NCBI RefSeq assembly: GCF_009914755.1
Contig: NC_060929.1
Direction: 5' to 3' (one strand)
From: the human T2T-CHM13v2.0 reference genome, Homo sapiens
Length of the DNA stretch: 64,000 nt
This document shows, in pieces, positions 40,920 through 57,463 of the stretch (positions are counted from its first letter, which is position 1; each line of letters starts with the position of its first letter). The notes below the pieces were generated by a model that searched no databases, was not told where the DNA came from, and saw only the letters and a program-made list of their open reading frames with translations. The position numbers and the translations under genes were made by a program.

Positions 40920-43900
40920 AAATTATCTATGTCCAGGTTCAGTTCAGAAATATAGAGAGCTGGAAAGGGTGTCACCTCCACCCTTACAACAAGAAAAAAA
41001 AAAGCTGGGAAAACTTAAATGACTTTTCTTTTTTTTTTTTTTTTTTGTGACGGAGTCTCGCTGTCGCCCAGGCTGGAGTGCAGTGGCGCAATCTCGGCTC
41101 ACTGCAGGCTCCGCCCCCTGGGGTTCACGCCATTCTCCTGCCTCAGCCTCCCGAGTAGCTGGGACTACAGGCGCCCGCCACCTCGCCCGGCTAATTTTTT
41201 GTATTTTCAGTAGAGACGGGGTTTCACCGTGTTAGCCAGGATGGTCTCGATCTCCTGACCTCGTGATCCGCCCGCCTCGGCCTCCCAAAGTGCTGGGATT
41301 ACAGGCGTGAGACTTTTCTTTAACTCACAAGAGAACAGAGGGAATAAAACAAACAACTAACCTGAAATATGGGGAGAGAAAGAAGCCTTCCAAGAGAAAT
41401 GAGACACAAGGACTTGTGTAAATGTGAGGCACATGCCACTAGATAAATGTAAGCTATGGAGAAGATTTCGCTAAAATTGTTTTTAACAAATTGCTATATG
41501 CTGAGTGTTGGCAAACACGGGAGCATGAAGCCCCTGGGAGCCACGGACATAAGATAGGTTGAACCCTCTTCCATGCTTTGCCTCTACAAATCCCACCAGA
41601 TGCACACAGGTAGAATTCTGAGAAGCCTTCCTTTGTGATTATTGCTGGAAGGGAATGGTACCCACCATTAAAATCCCATCCCAACCCAACTCCATTTTTT
41701 TTTTTTTTTTTTGCCATACAAAAAAATGTCTATAGAACATTTACAATAGTAGGTAAATTGAAAAAAAAAGTAATTGCTTTTGGGGGCACTGGTGGATTAT
41801 TGATGAGGGAAGATAACAAGAAATTTTAAATATTCTAAAACTGGTGAGGAATAGAATGACAATTAGATCCAGCATTGCAGCTGTATGAGACAGAGACCCA
41901 TGTAAAGGTCAGACCCTCAGGACCCAGGCAAAGGGTGTCTAAATTGAGATTTAAGCAGAGTGTTAGAGAATGCCCCTATTATCTCATTCCCCACCAGCAC
42001 ATTAAAACACTTTGATTAACAATAGCACTAAAGTATTCCTGAGTGACCTGTGGGAGATAAATATTCTCTGGTGAACCCTGCAGGGAGAGAACTCAGATTA
42101 AAGAGTGGAGTAGATATAGAGAGAAACGATCTGAAAGAGAAAGCCATGCCATAAAACAAAGATATCAGTAAAGCAATTTCACATCTGTGGTGTACTGAGT
42201 GTAACTATAACAAGAAAGTTTATTCTTATTCCATTCCTAACTAGATTAACACAAACATCATCTTAACATGAGGAAAGATGTGCTCACTTGCAATCCTAAA
42301 AAATATTTTCCTTATTATTCACTGCTCTATACAATTTTCCAGACTTCAATAAATAACTGGCATAAGAAAAGGAAGGAGAACACAGTCTGAAGAGAAAGCA
42401 TTCATCAAAACCAGACTCAGATATAACACAGAAGTTGAAACCATCAGACAAAGAATTTAACATGAGTGTAATTACTATGCTAAAAGCTATAGTGACAGAG
42501 GTGGATAATATGAACAATTGGATAAGTAATTTCAGCAGAGTAATGAGAACTAAAAGAAATAATCAAAAGGGTTAGAAATTAAAAAGTAATAAAAGAATGG
42601 TTTTCATGGGCTCAGCAGATTTGACAGAGATGAGAGAAAAGCAAATGAACTTGAGGATAAGTCAATAGAAATCATGCCACTGAAGTAGAAAGAATACAAA
42701 GTATGAAAAACAAACCAGCAAATAAATGAATAAAAATACCAAACAGAGCATTCAAAAATTGTAAGACAATATCATATGGTTTAACATGCTTAATGAGAAT
42801 CCCAGAAGGAGAACAGAGAGAGAATAGGGCAGAGCAACACTTGAAGACGTCGAACCATACATTCAAGAAGCTCAGGGAACATTATGTAAGGGAGAGAAAA
42901 GAGCAAGAAAATAAAAATCTAAGCATTTTTTTTTTTCAAACTGTAAAAAAACTGGAAACTCTGGAAAGCACCCAAAGAAAAGGAAAATACATCACTTACA
43001 GAAGAACAAAAATAAGAATGACAATAGACATATTGTCAGTAATTATGTAAATAAGAAGACAATTGAGAGACACCTTACTAGTGCTGACAAAGACAAATCA
43101 AAACCAAAAAAAACCCAACAACCCAGAATTCTACATCCACTGAAAATATCCTTAAAAATAAATTGTAATGTGCATATCAAAACTTTTTTACTACCTTTGT
43201 AATTCAATAAGTCAAACAATATTTTAAATAAAAATTACAATAAAAAAGAAATACTTCCTTAGCCAGATAAAAATTGAAAAAATGTATTTCCAGCAGACCA
43301 ACTCTACAAGAAATGTTAAAGGAAATTATTCAGGCAAATAGAATGTGCTATTGATCAGATGTCAGTTTACTCAAAGAAATGAAAAGCACTGGAAATAAAA
43401 TTTTAAAAAATTTCTTTTTTCCTCATTTGTAATTGCTTTGTAATTGAATATTTGAACATATCTCTCTCAGTAATTGATTGAAAATGAGTAAACATATAGA
43501 TGACCTGAATAACACTATCAACCAGCTTCACCTAATTGACATTTATAGACCCACACAAATATAGTCAATTATTTTTTGACAAAGATTCAAAGCCATTTTC
43601 TTGGAGAAATGATAGCTTTTTTTTAAAAGCATTAAAATACTTGGATAATCATATGATAATAAATTAACCTTGACACTTGCTTCACACTTTAGAGAACTGT
43701 TAGCTCAAAATGTACCATAGACTTAAATGCAAAGTTTAAAATTATAAAACGTCTAGGGCAAAAATTTATGTGACCTTGTATTTGATGATGAGTTTCAGGT
43801 ATGACATAAAAAGCATGACAATGATACATAAAAAGAATAACTTGGTAAGATTGACTTTATCAGTTATAAACTTTTACTGTTTTGACAGACACTGTTAAGG

Positions 43901-44022
43901 GAATGAAAAGTCAAGCCATAGAATGAAAAATACTATTTTCAAATCTTATATTTGATCATGGATTTAATCCAGAATCTATAAAGAAATATTAAAACTCAGA
44001 AGTAGGAATAAAAATGGGCAAA
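40920..44022 (+). mobile_element. Old L1MC/MD (5' region, ORF1 and deleted ORF2 remnant)
   Basis: ORF1-like frame RIPEGEQRENRAEQ...ITYRRTKIRMTID; CCAGAATTCTAC; ORF2 motifs TTTTTGACAAAG and CCAGAATCTATAAAGAA. Confidence 0.7.
41031..41310 (-). mobile_element. Young AluYe5-like element
   Basis: Ye diagnostics on the minus strand (GGGCGAGGTGG, GAACCCCAGGGGGCGGAGCCTGCAG, GACAGCGAGACTC), CpGs largely intact, perfect TSD GACTTTTCTT(T) at 41021-41030 / 41311-41320. Confidence 0.9.
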
Positions 44023-44037
44023 TTTTTTTTTTTTTTT

Positions 44038-44611
44038 TTACCAGTGAAGAGTGTTAACTGTGAGCTATCCAGGTTCTTGGTGTTTTGAACAAAGAATTGG
44101 ACAAAATGAACAAAGAAAGCAACAAAGAATGAAGCAATGAAACCACAAATATATTGAAATGAAAGTACAGTCCACAGAGTGGGAGCAGGCTTGAGCGAGT
44201 GCCTCAAAAATGCTGGTTACAGAATTTTCTGGGGTTTAAATGCCCTCTAGAGGGTTTTCATTGGTTACTTGGTTACACCCTACCTAAATGAAGTAGTGGC
44301 CCACGAGCAGTCTGATTGGTTGTGGAAGGGGACCAATCAGAGCCTGAAGTGAAGTTACAAAGTTATACCCCTATGCAAATGAAGACTAGACCCCTGACCA
44401 GTCTGATTGGTTACAGGAGGGGACCAGTCAGAGATACTTTCCATTTTCCATCTGTGACGCAGGCAGAAAGGGTGTGTTGCAAAGGGAGTAGCCTCTGATC
44501 CTTTTGTCCCTTGGATGTGGAAAGTTGGGGTTTTCCTTTTGATTCAGGTCTAAGAAGTCTGTGCAAATTGGCCTTAGGTTCCCTGCCTCTAGACCCTATT
44601 CTCCTGCCTCT
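44038..44611 (-). mobile_element. MER51A-like ERV1 solo LTR
   Basis: Minus strand starts GAGGCAGGAGAATAGGGTCTAGAGGCAGGGAACCTAAGGCC, with repeated CCAAT boxes. Confidence 0.88.
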
Positions 44612-45673
44612 GTATGTTCATCAGTAGGTAAATGACTAAGCAAAATATTGTGCATCCATTCAATAGATACTTTGGAACAATCAAAAGAAATGAATTAATG
44701 AGTCACCAACTACATGGCTGAATCTTAAATGCATTTTTCTAAGTGAACAAAACCAAGCCTCAGGAATATACAATGTTTGATTTCATTTATGTGACATTTT
44801 GTGAAAATGCAAGTCTATGGGTATATGGAAAACAAATCAGTTATTGCCAGTGGTATCTTTGGGGTGAGGTGCTTACTACAATCATGGTGAACAAAAAAAT
44901 TTTTAGGATAATAGAGCTATTCTGTATGGTACTGTGATGGTGGATGTATGACTGTGCATTTGTCAAACACTCAGAGAAAGGTATACCACAAAGATGAAAT
45001 TTTAATATAGGCCCATTTAAAGGAATATCAACAGGATATAAGTAAAATATAGAATGGAGAGTAGAATGTAAAAGTCAATCTACTAATATTTGTACCACAA
45101 ATGTGTGGAATAATCTCACTGAAGGGGATGAGGAAGAAAGGAGAAATAAACTCTGGGAAAGAGTGTCTTTTCTAAATACTGTAAAGCTAAATATAAAAAT
45201 AATTGTACATAAACTCTGTACTCTGGTTGGTTAATTTGTTTTTCACAAGGGTATTATTTAGCAATCTGGAAACTATTTTATATGCATACAAGAGCTGAAC
45301 AAATAAGTGAATAAATTATAGATAAGGGGAGCCAGGTTTTCACATGTCAGGTAAAGAATTGACAAATATGAAGTGGAAGGATATAATGAAACCTCTGGTA
45401 CTGGATTCAAGTCAGACATCTTACTATGAACTCATATTTATCTTAGCACACTTATAAATAGATTAGCAATAAATGCAGCTATCTATGTATACATGGATTA
45501 GTAAACACAGGCATATATTCTTGGAGCAGGCCTAGAAGCAGTGATAGTCCAATAGCAATGAGCTTACTTAGCTCTTGGTTTCTAAACACCATGCTTTCAT
45601 AAAAGGAACCAGTCCTTGGAGAAATATCTGTATTAAAGGGTGAGTCAGGGAAACTAAAATAAAACTAGAACAT

Positions 45674-46233
45674 CTTTTTTTTAATTTTTAATTTTAGTGG
45701 GTACATAGTAGGTGTATATATTTATGGGGTACCTGAGATGTCTTGATACAAGCATGTGTCTTTTGTAATAAAGCACCTACCCTTTGTTTTACAAACAATC
45801 TGATAATACTATTTTAGTTATTTTAAAATGTACAATTAAGTTACTATTGACTATAGTCCCCCTGTTATGCTATCAAATACTAAGTCCTATTAATTCTTTC
45901 AATTTTTAACCCATTAACCATCTCCAGCTCCTCCCACTGTCCTTCCCAGCCTCTGTTCACCATTCTTCCACTGTCTATCTCCGTGTTCAATTGTTTTGGT
46001 TTTTAGATCCCTGAAATAAGTTAGAACATGCAATATTTGTCTTTCTGTGCCTAGCTTATTTCACTTAGCATAATGACCTATAATTCCATCCATTTTGTTG
46101 CAAATGACTGGAACTCATGTTTTATGGACAAATAGTAATCTAATATATATATATATAAATATATATAAATATATATATATATAACACACACACACATATA
46201 CATATGCCATATTTTCTTTATCCATTTATCTGT
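45674..46233 (-). mobile_element. L1MA2-like 3' end with an internal (TA)n/(CA)n tract
   Basis: GTGGGTACATAGTAGGTGTATATATTTATGGGGTAC...AAAATGTACAATTAAG...TTCTTTATCCATTTATCTGT. Confidence 0.85.
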
Positions 46234-46381
46234 GTAGAAAAAAAAAAAAACCATAAATGGAAAACTTCAAAAGGAGATAGGAGACAATGGGAAAAAGCCC
46301 CCAATGGCCAAAGATGAAACAACTTGAATGAACAAAACAAAACACTAATTGGATTATAATCAAAGAATGAAATAAATATCT

Positions 46382-46462
46382 ATTAATCTATACATATATA
46401 TAAGTATAGATTAATCTATACATATATATAAGTATAGATTAATCTATACACATATATAAGTA
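46382..46462. repeat. 28 bp quasi-palindromic minisatellite, about 3 copies
   Basis: Unit ATTAATCTATACATATATATAAGTATAG. Confidence 0.92.
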
Positions 46463-47221
46463 AACAATTGAATAAGTAAGTGAAAAGAGAGAAGGATCCC
46501 AAATAAAGCATATAAAGAGAGTAAGGAAATAGAAAATCACCATTCAAACACCACCGTGAAAATTTCTGATGAATGCTAAAACTTGCTGCTAAAGTTAGTG
46601 GCTGAAACTTTAAGGAGAAACAGGACACTTGCAGTTTCTAAGTGTCTCTCCCAAGATATTTATTAATTAGTGTGTGGTTTTAGTTTATTTCCACAGTTTT
46701 TAGATACTGACTCCAGGTGGTGAATTTTAATTCCCTGTTACTTAAAATCAATAGAAAAAAGTTAATCACTTCTACTTAACAGTGTATGATAAGGGAAAAA
46801 TAGTTCATCATGCATCACCAAGTAATCAACGTTAATTAATCAGGCATCACCAAGGATAAATTCATCAGGCATCACCAAGTAATCAAGGTTAATACCATTA
46901 GTAATGAGTCATGTTGACATCATATATCCCATGATATGATACAGTGAAAAGGGTACATCAGTGATGTTCTTTCCAAAAAAAATTATGACCTCAAGTTAAT
47001 TATGAGGAAACATGGCGATTCTAACCAGAACACTTCAAAAAAGGGTCCACATGGTAAAAACAAGGAAAGACTGAGAAACCTCCCAGATCAGAAGAGGCTA
47101 AGAAGTAAGAAGACTAAATGCAACTTGATATACTGGATTAGATCCTGGAATAGACAAAGAGCGTTAGTGGAAAAACTAGTGGAATCTCAATAAAGTATCT
47201 AGTTTAGTTAGAAATATTAAA

Positions 47222-47528
<307 letters not shown>

Positions 47529-47810
47529 TCAGTGTTAACTTGCTGGTTTTGATGTATGAGCATTGCTACATAAGATGTTATATATGAACTCTCTGTACTA
47601 GGTTTGCAACTTTTCTGTAAATTTAAAATCATTTAAAAGTTAAACTACTGAAATAAAAAAATCAATTCTCATTTCTTCTACTGAATATTTTCAATTCAAT
47701 TGGTTTAAGTATAGGCCTTAGAAAGAATGTGTAGGTTTAAATTTTTTAAAGTTGGTATTTTAGAAACAAATATGAACAAAGTTTTTTTTTTTTTCATCTC
47801 CATAGTTTTA

Positions 47811-49885
<2,075 letters not shown>

Positions 49886-50099
49886 TTAAACAATAATTGT
49901 TAATACTCTAAATAAAATAATTACCATTAAATATTTGGTGAGAATAAGTATCATTCTTCATTACCAATGCAGTGTTACTGCTTGTGTGAATCCTGTGACT
50001 GCCTTGAGTGTGCTGCTCTTTTGAAAATTATATTCAGCCTTAGATGCTTGACAGCACATTAACATTTTGGGGTAGTTTTAAAATATAGACTATCAATAT

Positions 50100-51150
50100 C
50101 TTTTGTTTCAACATTAAACATCAACTTTGAGATACAGATTACATAAAATAAAATGCAACTATTTTAAATGTACTGTTGAATGAATATTAATCACCCCAAC
50201 ATGGATATAGAATATTTCTGCTTTCTCTTTTAACACTGTATATTAAATTCACAAGGCAACTTCCTCACCGCTCCTAAACCCAGGAAGCTGTGGATATGCT
50301 TTCAGTTACTATTGATTAGTTTTGCCTATTCCATTAATAGAATTTTACATAAATGAAATAATACATGATGTAGCATTTTGTGTCTGGCCTCTTTTACACA
50401 GCATGAGTATACTGTTGGGTATATCACCTTTTCATGCTTTTTAAAATATACTTTTGAGTTGTGTCCAGTTTGGGACCATTATGAATAAAGCTGTTATAAA
50501 TATATTGTATATGTCTTTGTGGGGGTCATATGTTTTCATTAGTCTTGGATAAATAAGAATTAAATTGCCTAGTTATTTGGTAAATATAAGAAAGCTGCCG
50601 AATTCATTTTGGAGATAGTTATAACATTTTACATTTCACTAACAATGCACAGGAATTCGTTGTTCCACATCCTTGGCAACATTTAATACTGTCAAACTTT
50701 TAAGAGTTAATCTTTCAAGGAATGTATAGTAGCATCCCATTGTAGTTTTAATTTACTTTTTTGTATAGCTAATGATATTACTTTTTCATGTGTCTATTTA
50801 CTTTTACATTTCTTCTTCTTTTGAGTACATTTCATGTGTCTGTTTACTTTCACATTTCTTCTTTTGTAATTTATAACTAAAAAGTTAGTTTAAATCACTC
50901 TACCATTTTTAAATAGTTTATTTATTTTCTTGTTATTGAGTTACCAGAATTCTTCATATATTCTGGATATAAATATTTTGTCACATATATGTATTGAAAA
51001 TAGTTCCTCCCAGTCTGTCTTGGATTTTATTTTCTTGACATAGTCTCTCAAAAATACCACATGTTTCTAATTTTGATGAAAATTTATCATTTTTTTAGTT
51101 CATGGTTAAAGCTAATAAGTTCTAAGAAATATTTGCCTGAAGTTAGCAAA
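50100..51150 (-). mobile_element. Old L1MB/ME 3' region
   Basis: TTTGAGATACAGATTACATAAAATAAAATGC, CCAGTTTGGGACCATTATGAATAAAGCTG, TTCTGGATATAAAT. Confidence 0.7.
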
Positions 51151-52499
51151 TACTTGTTCTCATTCCATCTTTTATCCACATGCACTGCTTTAAATACACA
51201 ATATTTTGAGAAATTAAAACTATTTTTATCTTATAAAGCTACCTAATTAAAAGCACTGCCTTTTCTAAAACTCCTTCTTCATGGGATTAGATTAACAAAA
51301 ATTAAGACCACCTGTATCTGATCCACTCTCTCAGACATTATATATATAATTTAGGTAATGAAAGCATTATTATAAAGAATGATTCAAATGTTTCTGTAGA
51401 CGTCTGAAGTCTGGGCTTTTATTCATAAAACAGACAATCACACTATAAAATATGGTTATTTTTGGTTATTCAGTGTCTCTACATTTCTCCTTATATGACT
51501 GAATTATAACTTTCTAAATGAGACAAGTGATAGAATTACACTTGTTAATAGCAAAAGGTGATCACATTTTATTAATATGCATCTAACTCTACTAATACTT
51601 TCAAGCGTTCTATTGTGTTAAATTTAAATTGTAGTGAATTTGGTGAATGCTGTCTGTTTTGATGTTGCATGCTTATTTGGGGGCAATGTTAACAGGGTAA
51701 GTAAGTGAAGAGTGAATAAAACTGAAGCCTCTAGCCCATGTATCATACTGTTTTCATTGGGGAGTTGGAATACTCTCCCACATCTGCTTGAGAGTCCTTA
51801 GTAAGCACATATGATGGAATAGCAGATTAGTTCTGGGTTGCTGTTTATTTGGCACATAGATGTTGTAGTCAATGTCTTTCCAACCACATGTCAGAAATAT
51901 TTTCATGAGGAAATGTGGTGCCCAGAATTGGATTCTTGTGAGAATATAGTGTTTCTGGGCAGAGTGATGAGTAAAGTCAATTTTGTTAATGTAATATCAG
52001 ACTATAAGTTATTTTTATTATCTAATATAAATCAAATTTAAAGATTGCCAAATAAATTACTTTTAATTCTCTTGCTATGGTTGAGGATTATATGCCATCT
52101 ATTTCTTATGACTTATGGTTTATGCTTTAAATGTCTTTGAATAACATGTATATAATTATATATAAATTTACACACACACACTCATATATAAATACATACA
52201 CACACACATACAAACACATACATAGGTATGGCTAAAAAAAGCTGACATGGTTTTCCTCATATTGTTCCCTTTCTTTATATATCTATATAACTTATACTCT
52301 ATGCCACATGATTTAAATTTTACATAGTCCAAGATTATTCACTTATTGGATTATTGGATTAGCTATCTTCCCAAATAGACTCTGAAGCCAATTATACTTT
52401 AATTTAAATCACCAAAAACTGATCATGACCACTAGGTTCCCTTTTGCCTTCAGTTGCTATCCTGGGATCCTTTCCCTTATCCCTCTCTCTGGAAAAGAT

Positions 52500-52727
52500 A
52501 AAACATTTTAGTTGAAAATTTTTATTGCAATAGCTAACCTAAGAAAAATCAAATTGTTTGAAGTATGATCAAACTTTCAAAACTCAAAAACAAGAAAGAA
52601 TTTTAAAAGCAGCAAGAAAAAAATCACCAAGTGAATGCAAGGGAATCTTCATTAGACTATAGGTGGATATCCCAGCAGAGAATGGGAGGATATACTCAAG
52701 GTATTGAAAGAAAAAGAAAAACGAACT
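52500..52727 (+). mobile_element. L1M ORF1 fragment
   Basis: GAATTTTAAAAGCAGCAAGAAAA...ATTAGACTAT...GGGAGGATATACTCAAGGTATTGAAAG. Confidence 0.65.
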
Positions 52728-53153
<426 letters not shown>

Positions 53154-56100
53154 TGTTACAAAACAAGTCAATAAATTCAAGAAGATTGAAATTATATCTA
53201 GTATTGTCTCTGATCACAATGGTATGAAGCTAGAAATCGATAACAGCAAGAGTTTATAAAATTTACAAATATGGAAAATTAAACAACATGTTCATAAACA
53301 ACCAATGGATCAAAAAAATCAACAGGAAAATTTAAAAATTTATTGAGGCAAACAGCAATGGAAACATGCCATGAAAATCTATGGAATGCAACAAAAGTGG
53401 TTCTAAAAGAAAAGTTTATAGCAACAAATGCCTACATTAATAAGAAGATATGTCACAAGTAAATAGTATAATGCCTCGAGGAGCTAGACAGAGAAGAACA
53501 GTGTAAACTCAAAAATAGCAAAGGGAAGAAAATAATTAAAGTCAACATATGTAACCAAATAGAGAAAATAAAGAAACAGAAAAAAAAATCTGAGAGTTGG
53601 TTCTTTCAAAAAATAAAATCAGCAATCCCCTAGCTAAACAAACTAGGGAAAAAAGAGAAAAGTCTCAAATAAAATCAGAAATTAAAGTGGACACATTATA
53701 GCAGATGCCTCCGAAATAATAAGGAACATAAGAGACTACTGTGACCCTTTATATGCCAACAAATTGGATAAACCAAATTGCTAGAAAAATATAACCTACC
53801 AAGACTGAATCAGAAAGAAATAGAAAGCTTGAACACATTAAAATAAATAAAGGGATTGAAGATATAATTAAAAAGCTACCAACCATGAGAAGCCCAGGAC
53901 AATATGGATTCATGGCTGAATTCTACAACACATTCAATGAAGAATTATTCTTTAAACTTCTTAACTCTTCCAAAAATACTTTCTAAAATAATTATTTCAA
54001 AAATATACTACAGAGAATTCTCCAAATGTATTTTATGAGGCCAGCATCACCTTAATACCTGTGCCAGGCAAAGCCATTACAAGCCATTACAGGCCAAGAA
54101 ATTAAAACTATAGGCCAACATCTCTGATGAACATTCATGCAAAAATCCTCAATAAAATATTAGCAAACCAAATTTAACAAAAGATTTAACATTAAAAATG
54201 ATTGTATGTCATAACCAAGTGGGATTTATCCCAGTCATGCAAGGCTGGTTTAACACATGCAAATCAATTTATATAATACATCAACAGAATAAAACATAAA
54301 AGCCACATGATCATTTTGATGCAGAAAAATCATTTGACAAGGTTCAGCATCCTTTCTTTAAATAAAACTGTTAAATTAGGTTTTCTGCTAAGATATGGTA
54401 CACGACAGAGATGCTCATTCTTGCGACTTCTATTCAACATAGTACTGGAAATATTAGCAAGAGCAAGTAAAGAAGAAAAATAAAAGGCATCTGAAAGAGA
54501 TATAAAGAAGAATTATATCTATTTGTAGATTATGTAATCTTATATGTAGAAAAACATAAAGCTTCTTTTAAAAAACTATTAGAACTAATAAATGAATTCA
54601 GTAAAGTTGCAGGGATACAAAGTCAACATCAAAAATCAATAGCATTTCTATACACAAGTAAACAACCTAGCTGAAAAAGAAATTAAGAAAAATTATATTT
54701 ACAATACCATTACAAAAAATAAAATAACTAAAAAATACATTTAGTCAAGGAGGTAAAATATTTGTACACCTAAACCTATGAAACATTGATGAAAGAAATT
54801 GAAGGAGACACAAATTAGAGGAAAGCTATCTTGTGTTCATGGATGGGAACAATTAATATTGTTAAAATGTTCATATTTCCCAAAGAAATATACTGATTGA
54901 ACAACAATCTTTATCAAAATTCCAATGTCATTTTTTGCAAAAATATATAAAACAATCTATAAATCCTAAAATTTGTATGAAACCATTAAAAAAACTGAAT
55001 AGCAAAGCAATACTAAAAAAGCAAAACAAAATTGGAGACATCACACTTCCTGATTTAAAATCATATTACAAACTATAGTAATCAAAACAATATTGCACTG
55101 GCATAAAAACAGAAACATCAACCAATGGAACAGAATATACATTCCAGAAATAAATCTAAACATATGTACTCAACTAATTTTTAACTTGCCTACCAAGAGG
55201 GTATAATGGACAATGATTCTTTTTCTTCAATAAATGATACTGGGAAAACTGGATTTCCACATGCAAAAGAATGAAACCAGATCCTTTTCTTATATGATAG
55301 AAAAAAATCAACAAGAAAATTGATAAAATATTAAATGTAAGGACCAAAATCATAAAACTCCTATAAGGGAACATAAGGAAAAAGCTCCTCAGCATTGGCC
55401 TTGGCAATAATTTTTCGGATAACATACCAAAAGCTCAGTCTACAAAAGCAAAAATAAATAAACGGGACTACACCAAACTAAAAAGCTTACCTACATCAAA
55501 GGAAACAATCAACAAAATACAAACACAATCAGCGAACTGGGAAAAAATTAAATTGCAAACCACATATCTGATAAAGGGTTATTATTCAAGATTTATAAAG
55601 ATCTCTGAACAGATCTGACAAAATATTTCTTCAAGCAAGACATAAAAATGCCCAACAGGAATGTTAAAAGTTAGTATAACTAATCATCAGGAAAATGCAA
55701 ATTAAAACCGCAATGAGATATCACTTTACAACCATTAGAATGGCTATTTTCAAAAAGATAAAGCATAACAGGTGTTGGCCCGGATTTCAAGAAAAGGGAA
55801 TCCTTCCTTGTATACTGTCAGTGGCAATTTAAATTAATACAGCCATTATGGAAAATAATATGGAGGTTTCTAAAGAAATTGGAAATAGAACTACCGTACA
55901 ACCCAGTAATCCCTCTTCTGGATACGTAACCAGAGGAGATGAGATCACCATCTTGTAAAAATGTCTGTGCTACCATGTTCCTTGCAGTGTTATTTACAAT
56001 AGCCAAGATATGGAAACAACCTTAATTTCCATTGATAGATTTTAAAATGTGGTATACATACATGTTTGTATGGAATATCATTCAGCCTTAAAAACAAAGG

Positions 56101-56561
56101 ATAGCCTTCCATTTGCCCCGGCATGGATGGACCTGAAGGACGTTTGCTAAGTTAAATAAACCAAACATATAAAAATATTGCATAATTTCATTTATATGTG
56201 GGATTTTTTAAAAAAGAACTCAAATACACAGAGACAGACAATGAAACACTAGTTACCATGAGTTGGGTGTGGTGGGAGGAAACTGGGACATTTAGGTAAA
56301 AGGATACAAAATAGCAAATAAATAGAATGAAAAAGTTTAGAGACTCAATTAATAACATGAAGACCAAAGATAACAAAATTATTTTGTATTAGAGGCTTTT
56401 GTTAAGTAAGTATATTTTAGCTGCTCTTGTCACATACCCCAAAAATTCGAGATGAAAATTTGTTAATCTGTTTTACTATAGTAACAACTGTACTATCTAT
56501 ATGTATCCCATAACATTATGTTGTAAACCTCAACTATAAACAATAAAATTTATTTTTAAAA
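53154..56561 (+). mobile_element. L1MA (MA4-MA7-like) ORF2 and 3'UTR
   Basis: Continuous decayed ORF2 (GATGCAGAAAAATCATTTGAC, CTTCTATTCAACATAGTACTGGAA) and L1MA terminus TGTATCCCATAACATTATGTTGTAAACCTC...AATAAAA. Confidence 0.9.
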
Positions 56562-56859
56562 GGATGAATTCTATAAGTTAAAAAATACTATTTTATTAGC
56601 TACTTTTAGAAAAGCAGAAGAGAAAAAAAAGTCTTCAACTTTAAATCTTGTATCAGTAAATTCTGCTTTTTAACAGGTATATACAAAAATCCATAAACCC
56701 CGGGTCCTAGCCAATCATGAATCTTTTCACAAAAGAAAATAGGCTTTTGGTTTTAATGAAAGGACTGGGTTAAAAAATTTGGCTAGCTGAATATGAGGCC
56801 AGGCATTATTCTCACATCAGTATCATTGGGAAAAACAAAGTAATATCAACAATATAACT

Positions 56860-57414
56860 TTTGGCAGTTAATTTTGTCAACATGAATGGATCATGGGGTG
56901 CCCCGATTAAATACTGTTTCTGAATGTGTCTGCAAGAGTGTTTCTAGATGAGATTAACATTTGAATCAGTGGATTCAGTAAAGTAGGTTGCCCTTCCCAG
57001 TGTGGTTGGGTATCAACAAACTCACATAGGGCCTGAATAGACAAAAAGTAGAGAAAGATTAATTCACCCCATTTTTTCTTTCTCACTCTTTGAGTTGAAA
57101 CATCTCATCTCTCCTGCTCTTAAATGGGATTTACTATCATGGACTCTCTTGGATCTCAGGCATTAAAAATAAGACTGAATTAACACAACTGGCTTTCCTG
57201 GGTCTCCAGTTTGCATACCACAGACTGTGGGACTTAGCCTCCATAATTATGTGAGACAATTTCTCTTAATAAATCAATCAATCTCTCTCTCTCTCACACA
57301 CACACACATACACACCACACACTCCTTTATCTATCTGGATCTCTCTCTCATTCTCTCCCTCCCTCTGTATATATCCTGTTGGTTCTATTTCTCTGGAGAA
57401 GTCTGAATAATACA
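56860..57414 (+). mobile_element. MLT2B-type ERVL solo LTR
   Basis: GTTAATTTTGTCAAC...GATGAGATTAACATTTGAATCAGTGG...CCTGTTGGTTCTATTTCTCTGGAGAA...AATACA with internal CT/CA repeats. Confidence 0.85.
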
Positions 57415-57439
57415 ATCCTGAACCATACATGCTATTGGG

Positions 57440-57463
57440 GTGTGTGTGTGTGTGTGTGTGTGT
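57440..57463. repeat. (TG)n microsatellite
   Basis: Direct observation. Confidence 0.95.

Noticed and set aside
46382-46462. Short direct-repeat arrays considered as CRISPR-like
   Set aside because: The units are head-to-tail with no unique spacers, there are no cas genes, and the DNA is primate.
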